A program made the translations under genes and the position numbers. A DNA stretch of 64,000 nt from an uncultured Methanosarcinaceae archaeon (GTDB lineage: Archaea > Halobacteriota > Methanosarcinia > Methanosarcinales > Methanosarcinaceae): NCBI GenBank assembly GCA_963847185.1, contig CAWJYV010000008.1, positions 832,001 through 896,000 of the forward strand, written 5' to 3'. The number at the start of each line of letters is the position of its first letter. Within the stretch, counting starts at the first letter, position 1. Positions 57,874 to 64,000 of this stretch are shown piece after piece. Below the pieces are notes generated by a model. The model did no database searches. It saw nothing but the letters and a program-made list of their open reading frames with translations, and was not told where the DNA came from.

Positions 57874-59865
57874 ATGGTGTCAAATGATTCTGATTTTGTG
57901 CAAAATCCTCCGGTGAAAATATCTGAAAATTTATTTAAAGATGTGGATTCTGCAGTAAACGAAATAAGCTGGCTAATAGATAATCTTCCGGTAACTGTTT
58001 TTAGAGCCTCGAGCAAATTATCGTGGGGCCTAGAATTCATAAGTAATGATGTTGAAAAATTGACTGGCCACTCTAAAAAAGATTTTATTTCCCAAAAATT
58101 AACATGGACAGATATCATTTTTTCAGAGGATCTCCCAGAATATGATAAAATTATAAAAAATGCAAGGAAAAATAAAACTCCCTATCAAGTTGAATATAGA
58201 ATCAAAAAATCGGATGATAAAACTGTATTCATTCAAGAACAAGCTTATTTCTTTAATAGTGGGGACGGAAAAATAACTTATATTAACGGGGTTTTTTTAG
58301 ATATCACTCCTCAAATCAAAAAACAAAATGAATCTGTGGAGATGATTGTTACCAGTATACCCGAGCCATCATTTGCAGTCTATGTCGATGAATCTGGAAA
58401 GATAAAATATATTAATGATTATTTTGTGAAAGCTTGTAAATTTAAAAGTGCTGAGGCAGTTATCGGCATAACAACTGCTCAATTATTGGAGACTAATTCT
58501 AAAAAAACAATCTCTGATAAAGTAATGGAAACTGGAGAGGGAGTTTATAATATTGAAAAATCTTTTAAATTTAAAGCTTTAGACAAACCTCTTTTCACTG
58601 TACTTTCAGCAGTTCCAATAAAAAATGAAGCTGGAGTCATTGTAGGCAGTCTGACGGTCATGACTGATATGACTGAGATGAAAGAAAAAGAGCAGGAAAT
58701 TCAGACTCTTTTAGATTACACTAATGCCTGTCTTAAAGAACTTGGCGAAAGTATTCACAAGGTAGGGGAAGGGGATCTTGATATCCATCTAGAAAAAGTC
58801 AAGGATGATGATTTCGGTAAGACTTTTGATGAGTTCAATAAACTTGTGATTAATCTAAAGCTGGTTATTGAAGATATTCTAGAGGATATGACTCGAACTC
58901 TGAAAGAGGCTCAGCAGTCTGAAGAGGCTGTCAGCCAGATGAATACGGGCATGCAGCAGATTTCATCGGCTGCGGAACAAATCGCAACCGGTTCAGAGAA
59001 TCTCTCAAGGCATGCGGGTACCGCAGCCTCAGAGGTAAAAGCTTCTCAGGAAATTTTCAGAAAACTTGATAAGTCTTCCTCCAAGTCCTCCGATTATGCT
59101 CTTCAAGCAGGTAAAACCAGTCAAGAAACTCAGAACCTTGGGGGTATGGCTCTTGAAGACCTGGGACACTTTGTTGCCGAGATTTCAAAACTCGGAAGCA
59201 TTGTTCAGTCTCTGGATACCGCTGTTAATAATATCGGTGCTGTTACCGGCAAAATCAAATCAATCGCTGACCAGACAAACCTTCTTGCATTAAATGCGGC
59301 TATTGAAGCTGCACGAGCCGGAGAACACGGCCGCGGGTTTGCTGTTGTTGCCGATGAGGTCAGAAAACTTGCTGCAGACTCAAGGAAAAGCACTGACGAC
59401 ATCAATGAGATTGTTACAAATGTTCAGAAAGAAACCAAAAAAGTTACCGAAGCAATTGATAGAGCTCAGGTTAGTGCTGACACCGGTAACAAGAACATTA
59501 AACAGGCTTTGAACAAAGCTAATGAGATTGCCGACGCTGTTAATACTATCAATACCATGCTTTCTGAGCTTAATAAACTTACAGAAGAAGGTCTTGAGAA
59601 AATTGAGAATATTGATAAGAGCATCAGTGAAGCTGCATCAACAGCTGAGGAAAACGCAGCCAGCAGCGAAGAAACCTCCGCAGCTATTGAGCAACAGACA
59701 GCAGCAATGCAGCAGGTAAGCAGCTCTGTACAGCATGTTAATGGCCTTGCGCAGAAAACAGTCAATATGTTGCTGGAAAACTTCAATGTTTCGAGTGAAG
59801 GAAAAAGCAGTCAGAACTCCTCTCCAAAGTCTCAAAACTTCGATAGAAGAGGAAATTCAAGATAA
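57874..59865 (+). CDS. Soluble methyl-accepting chemotaxis protein 2 (PAS-PAS-HAMP-MA)
   Basis: As MCP1; paralog. Confidence 0.93.
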   Translation: MVSNDSDFVQNPPVKISENLFKDVDSAVNEISWLIDNLPVTVFRASSKLSWGLEFISNDVEKLTGHSKKDFISQKLTWTDIIFSEDLPEYDKIIKNARKNKTPYQVEYRIKKSDDKTVFIQEQAYFFNSGDGKITYINGVFLDITPQIKKQNESVEMIVTSIPEPSFAVYVDESGKIKYINDYFVKACKFKSAEAVIGITTAQLLETNSKKTISDKVMETGEGVYNIEKSFKFKALDKPLFTVLSAVPIKNEAGVIVGSLTVMTDMTEMKEKEQEIQTLLDYTNACLKELGESIHKVGEGDLDIHLEKVKDDDFGKTFDEFNKLVINLKLVIEDILEDMTRTLKEAQQSEEAVSQMNTGMQQISSAAEQIATGSENLSRHAGTAASEVKASQEIFRKLDKSSSKSSDYALQAGKTSQETQNLGGMALEDLGHFVAEISKLGSIVQSLDTAVNNIGAVTGKIKSIADQTNLLALNAAIEAARAGEHGRGFAVVADEVRKLAADSRKSTDDINEIVTNVQKETKKVTEAIDRAQVSADTGNKNIKQALNKANEIADAVNTINTMLSELNKLTEEGLEKIENIDKSISEAASTAEENAASSEETSAAIEQQTAAMQQVSSSVQHVNGLAQKTVNMLLENFNVSSEGKSSQNSSPKSQNFDRRGNSR

Positions 59866-60112
59866 TACTGAAATGGATCCAGAAATATTAGATTCAAGGG
59901 CTAATCTGTATAGATAATACTGTAACCCTTTTTTTATACTGTTTATTACAATTTTTTACTTATATTTCTTATTTTTCAATTTGTAACTAATCAGTTGTTT
60001 GTAGCCTTTATCATGATTGGATGCAAGGTTTTTGATTTAACCTATACATTTAAATACTTTATACAATTATACATATAGTTATTATATAAATTTTTAGGGG
60101 TTTGGATTTAAT

Positions 60113-62110
60113 ATGGAGTCTACAGATTCTATTTTAGAGAATACGAAACAAAAAAAAGTATCTAAAAATTCGAGTGAAGATGTCGATTCAAAAACAGCAG
60201 ATATAAGCTGGCTAATAGATAATCTTCCAATAACAATTTTTAGAGTTTCAAATGAGTCTTCATGGGGTATACTTTACATCAGTAAAAACGTCGAGAGACT
60301 AACAGGATACTCTAAAAAAGATTTTGTTAGTCAAAAGTTATCATGGTCTGACATTGTTTTCCCAGAGGATGTGCAGCTAATCGATAAAGTTATTGATAAA
60401 GCAACAAAGAACAAAACTTCCTATCAGGTTGAGTATAGGATCAAAAAATCCGATGGTAGTACAGTATTCATCCAGGAACAGGCTCATCTGGTGGACGATG
60501 AAAAAGGAAATCTGGCCTATATTGACGGGGTATTTTTGGATATAACTCCTCAAATAAAAAGAAGAGAAGATTCTCAAAAGGCTATTGTTAGTGGCATACC
60601 TCAACCATCACTTGCACTTTACGTAGATACATCTGGAAAAATTAAGTATATTAATGACTATTTTGTGAAAATGTGTAAATTCAGGAATGCAGATGACGCA
60701 GTAGGTTTGTCACCTACTGATTTGATGGAGAGCGGGGGTAAAAAATCAATTGCTGAAGTTGTACTGGAATCCGGAGAAGCGGTTTATAACCGTCAGAGAG
60801 AACTTAAACTAAAGGCTCAGGATAAACCATTCTTTACAGTAACTTCTTCTGTCCCCGTAAAAGATGATGTGGGGGCTATTGTCGGTAACATTACTATCAT
60901 TACTAATATGACTGAGATGAAAGAGAAAGAAAAGGAAATTCAGGATCTTTTAGATTACACTAATGCCTGTCTTAAAGAACTTGGCGAAGGCATCCAAAAA
61001 GTTGGGGGAGGGGATCTTGATGTCTATCTGGAAAAATTTAAGGATGACGATTTCGGTAAAATCTTTGATAGTTTCAATAAACTTGTGATTAATCTAAAGT
61101 TGGTTATTGAAGAGATTCTAGAGGACATGACTCATACTTTGGAAGAGGCTCAGCAGTCCGAAGAAGCTGTCAGCCAGATGAATATGGGCATGCAGCAGAT
61201 TTCAACGGCTGCAGAACAGATCGCAACCGGTTCAGAGAACCTCTCAAGGCATGCGGGTACAGCGGCCTCAGAGGTAAAAGCTTCTCAGGAAATTTTCAGA
61301 AAACTTGATCAGTCCTCCTCCAAGTCTTCAGATTATGCTCTTCAAGCAGGTAAAACCAGTCAAGAAACCCAGAACCTTGGGGGTATGGCTCTTGAAGATC
61401 TGGGACACTTTGTTGCCGAGATTTCAAAACTCGGAAGCATTGTTCAGTCTCTGGATACCGCTGTTAATAATATCGGTGCTGTTACCGGCAAAATCAAATC
61501 AATCGCTGACCAGACAAACCTTCTTGCATTAAATGCGGCTATTGAAGCTGCACGAGCCGGAGAACACGGCCGCGGGTTTGCTGTTGTTGCCGATGAGGTC
61601 AGAAAACTTGCTGCAGACTCAAGGAAAAGCACTGACGACATCAATGAGATTGTTACAAATGTTCAGAAAGAAACCAAAAAAGTTACCGAAGCGATTGATA
61701 GAGCTCAGGTTAGTGCTGACACCGGGAATAAGAACATTAAACAGGCTTTGAACAAAGCCAATGAGATTGCCAATGCTGTCAATACTATTAATACCATGCT
61801 TTCTGAACTTAATAAACTTACAGAAGAAGGCCTTGAGAAAATTGAGAATATTGATAAGAGCATCAGTGAAGCTGCATCAACAGCTGAGGAAAACGCAGCC
61901 AGCAGCGAAGAAACCTCTGCAGCTATTGAGCAACAGACAGCTGCAATGCAGCAGGTAAGCAGTTCTGTACAGAGTGTTAATGGCCTTGCTCAAAAAACTG
62001 TTGATACACTTCTAGAAAACTTCAAAGTATCGAGCGAAGGAAAAAACAATCAGAAATCCTCTCCAAAGCCTCAAAATCTCGATAGAAGGGGAAACTCAAG
62101 GAGATACTGA
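60113..62110 (+). CDS. Soluble methyl-accepting chemotaxis protein 3 (PAS-PAS-HAMP-MA)
   Basis: As MCP1; paralog. Confidence 0.93.
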   Translation: MESTDSILENTKQKKVSKNSSEDVDSKTADISWLIDNLPITIFRVSNESSWGILYISKNVERLTGYSKKDFVSQKLSWSDIVFPEDVQLIDKVIDKATKNKTSYQVEYRIKKSDGSTVFIQEQAHLVDDEKGNLAYIDGVFLDITPQIKRREDSQKAIVSGIPQPSLALYVDTSGKIKYINDYFVKMCKFRNADDAVGLSPTDLMESGGKKSIAEVVLESGEAVYNRQRELKLKAQDKPFFTVTSSVPVKDDVGAIVGNITIITNMTEMKEKEKEIQDLLDYTNACLKELGEGIQKVGGGDLDVYLEKFKDDDFGKIFDSFNKLVINLKLVIEEILEDMTHTLEEAQQSEEAVSQMNMGMQQISTAAEQIATGSENLSRHAGTAASEVKASQEIFRKLDQSSSKSSDYALQAGKTSQETQNLGGMALEDLGHFVAEISKLGSIVQSLDTAVNNIGAVTGKIKSIADQTNLLALNAAIEAARAGEHGRGFAVVADEVRKLAADSRKSTDDINEIVTNVQKETKKVTEAIDRAQVSADTGNKNIKQALNKANEIANAVNTINTMLSELNKLTEEGLEKIENIDKSISEAASTAEENAASSEETSAAIEQQTAAMQQVSSSVQSVNGLAQKTVDTLLENFKVSSEGKNNQKSSPKPQNLDRRGNSRRY

Positions 62111-62188
62111 ACGTCGGATCCAAGAATCTTAAATCGAGGGCTAATTAAATAAACACAACCCTATTAGCCCTTTTTTCAGGTGATACAA

Positions 62189-62668
62189 ATGAGTTATCAT
62201 AATCAAATTGTTAATGTGGATAACACGATTCAGGTAATTATATTCAGTCTCGGTGAAGAAAGATATGGAGTTGAAATTTCTCAGGTAAAAGAGATCATTC
62301 TTCCTACTCAAATTACTCGAATCCCAAATGTGCCTGCTTTTGTAGAGGGAGTCTTAAATCTCAGAGGCCAAATTGCAGTCATTGTCAACCTCAGAAAAAG
62401 GCTCGGAAAAGAACCGAAAAAGAACGATGAAAACACCAGAATTATTGTAATTGAATACGGTAATTCTACCATAGGTATGATGGTTGATAGCGTTAGCGAG
62501 GTCAAGTACCTTTCTTCCAAAAATATCGAAGAAATACCCAGATTTTTAGCTTTAAAAGAGGAATCTAAGTTCTTGAAGGGAGTAGGGAAACTCGAGGATG
62601 GGCTTCTCACTTTAATGGATCTTAAAGAGTTGTTTAGTGAAGATGAACTCAAGGAGATACAGGGATGA
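62189..62668 (+). CDS. cheW: Chemotaxis adaptor CheW
   Basis: YGVEI..VKEI, IPNVP.FVEGVLNLRGQI, GMMVDSVSEV; ATG after CAGGTGA. Confidence 0.95.
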   Translation: MSYHNQIVNVDNTIQVIIFSLGEERYGVEISQVKEIILPTQITRIPNVPAFVEGVLNLRGQIAVIVNLRKRLGKEPKKNDENTRIIVIEYGNSTIGMMVDSVSEVKYLSSKNIEEIPRFLALKEESKFLKGVGKLEDGLLTLMDLKELFSEDELKEIQG

Positions 62669-63465
62669 CCGATAAAGTCCACCTTCGAACTCCTGTGAAA
62701 ATTTATTCTGCAGGTTGGGTGGATTCAGAACTTGTAATAACCGACAGCAACCTTATGATAGGTAAGCAAAAGGTTTCCCTGGGGGAAATAGAAGATCTGG
62801 AAGAAATTGATGTGGAAGGTGTTAATTGCATCCAGATTAAAAGAGAAGGAAACATCACACTTCAAATTCCAAAGAATCTTCATCAGCAGGTGTTCAGATT
62901 TATTGCCTTTAATCTTAAAGCAGATAAATTTGCGGTATTTTTTCTGTCATCTGCGACAGTTGGGGGTGTAGTTTCATCATCTGTTCAGTGGGAGAAGGGG
63001 TATTTCAGTGTAACAGACGGAGGACTCTGGTTTTTATCATCAAAAAATCAGAAAAGAATTCAAATTGATAATCTTGGATCGATTAATAAAGATGTTAGAG
63101 ATGTCGGCGGGAAACAACGAATGGTTCTCGTCCTTTCTCATGTTGAAAAAAGTGATGTAGTAACAAGCCTGGTCCTTTGTCCGGAAAGCACGCTGGAAAT
63201 GCTTGAAAACTATCTTCAGCGGCTTTTTGAAAAACATAAGCCTTCAATTAAATTGTCTGAAAACGAGGTGCAAATTCTTACACTGGTATATTCCGGGTTG
63301 GATTTCGCATCAATTGAAAATATAATTGGGATATCTACAGACGAGTTAAATAGTTATTATGATCGCCTTGTTGATGCAGGATTAGCTAAAGTTGTGAAAA
63401 TTAGAAAGGAAATAGAATTGACCCCACGCGGGGTAAGTATGGTTGATAAAATGTCTAAAGGGTAA
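62665..63465 (+). CDS. cheF: Archaeal chemotaxis adaptor CheF-like protein with C-terminal wHTH
   Basis: Between cheW and cheY; A..GGVV...QWEKG segment, ILTLVYSG...L.D.GL...RKE.ELTPRG C-terminus. Confidence 0.75.
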   Translation: MTDKVHLRTPVKIYSAGWVDSELVITDSNLMIGKQKVSLGEIEDLEEIDVEGVNCIQIKREGNITLQIPKNLHQQVFRFIAFNLKADKFAVFFLSSATVGGVVSSSVQWEKGYFSVTDGGLWFLSSKNQKRIQIDNLGSINKDVRDVGGKQRMVLVLSHVEKSDVVTSLVLCPESTLEMLENYLQRLFEKHKPSIKLSENEVQILTLVYSGLDFASIENIIGISTDELNSYYDRLVDAGLAKVVKIRKEIELTPRGVSMVDKMSKG

Positions 63466-63482
63466 TTTTTTGGGGGATACAT

Positions 63483-63845
63483 ATGGCAAAAGTATTAATC
63501 GTTGATGACACAGCTTTTATGAGGAAACTGCTTAAAAGTATACTTTTTGGGGCCGGATTCGATATCGCAGGGGAAGCTGAAAATGGAAAGCAGGCTGTGG
63601 AGTTATACAAGGAGCTTAAACCTGACGTTGTTACAATGGACGTTGTCATGCCTGAAATGACCGGAATTGATGCTTTAAAGAACATAAAGTCCATTGATAA
63701 AGATGCTAAAGTTGTGATGTGTACTGCCATCGGGCAGGAACAAATAGTGAAAACAGCTATCAAGCTGGGGGCTAGGGGCTATATAATTAAACCTTTCCAG
63801 GCACCCAAGGTCATTGAAGAGATAAAAAAAGTTGTAGGTGAATAA
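63483..63845 (+). CDS. cheY: Chemotaxis response regulator CheY
   Basis: LIVDD, PDVVTMDVVMP, MCTA.GQ, YIIKPF. Confidence 0.95.
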   Translation: MAKVLIVDDTAFMRKLLKSILFGAGFDIAGEAENGKQAVELYKELKPDVVTMDVVMPEMTGIDALKNIKSIDKDAKVVMCTAIGQEQIVKTAIKLGARGYIIKPFQAPKVIEEIKKVVGE

Positions 63846-63859
63846 GATTCGAGGGTAGC

Positions 63860-64000
63860 ATGATCCGTACTCTTATTGTTGATGATTCTGCCTTCATGCG
63901 GATGGCAATAAGAAGCATGCTTGCTAGCAGCTCAGATATAAAAATAGTCGGAGATGCCTGCAATGGGAAAGAAGCTGTGGAGAAATCAAAGGCATTACAC
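63860..64000 (+). CDS. cheB: Chemotaxis methylesterase CheB, N-terminal receiver domain (partial, runs off window)
   Basis: MIRTLIVDDSAFMRMAIRSML...IKIVGDACNGKEAVEK; follows cheY. Confidence 0.8.
   Translation, partial: MIRTLIVDDSAFMRMAIRSMLASSSDIKIVGDACNGKEAVEKSKALH

Larger units (their letters stand above)
56374..62004 (+). repeat. Three near-identical ~860 bp blocks (56374-57230, 58909-59765, 61148-62004) encoding MCP signalling domains
   Basis: Long identical DNA runs including synonymous sites; offsets 2535 and 2239 bp. Confidence 0.9.

Noticed and set aside
56531-61958. Small ORFs repeated three times within the MCP genes
   Set aside because: Alternative-frame and antisense shadows of the near-identical MCP DNA.

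Overview
Archaeal chromosomal DNA, almost certainly from a Methanosarcina species (mer next to fpoF, hdrA-C-B cluster, AfpA/Isf/MdrA oxidative-stress operon, PGF-pre-PGF surface protein, CheF). From left to right: a minus-strand oxidative-stress operon (desulforedoxin, two DUF2180-like Cys-rich proteins, MdrA, a frameshifted superoxide reductase, Isf, AfpA, ferritin-like protein, FprA); mer, fpoF, NMN adenylyltransferase; a small secreted Ig-like protein behind a long structured leader; AK6 kinase, two glycosyltransferases, WrbA; a frameshifted GH15 hydrolase; GNAT and M20 amidohydrolase; a nucleotidyltransferase; surface proteins; pheA; a MoxR/DUF58/vWA cluster; lipid and sugar genes; three FKBP PPIases; SdpI; tRNA-Ala and two tRNA-Ile; two paralogous wHTH regulators; hdrACB; an aconitase-family large subunit; 2-oxoacid:ferredoxin oxidoreductase alpha/beta; HMG-CoA reductase; DsrE; three soluble PAS chemoreceptors; cheW-cheF-cheY-cheB (cheB cut by the window edge). 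I saw no CRISPR array, transposase or integrase. The least-explained signals are non-coding. (1) A dispersed family of hairpin repeats at four loci, with a GC-GNA-GC mini-hairpin head, 1-4 tandem 37-40 bp units and a compensatory base-pair change. (2) A second, MITE-like ~115 bp family in two copies. (3) A ~210 nt nested stem-loop leader at 9.34-9.55 kb. There are also two small metal-binding ORFs missed by the ORF track and three genes that appear to use CTG/ATA/ATT starts. All calls come from reading the sequence and recalling families; no searches were run, so novelty is unverified.
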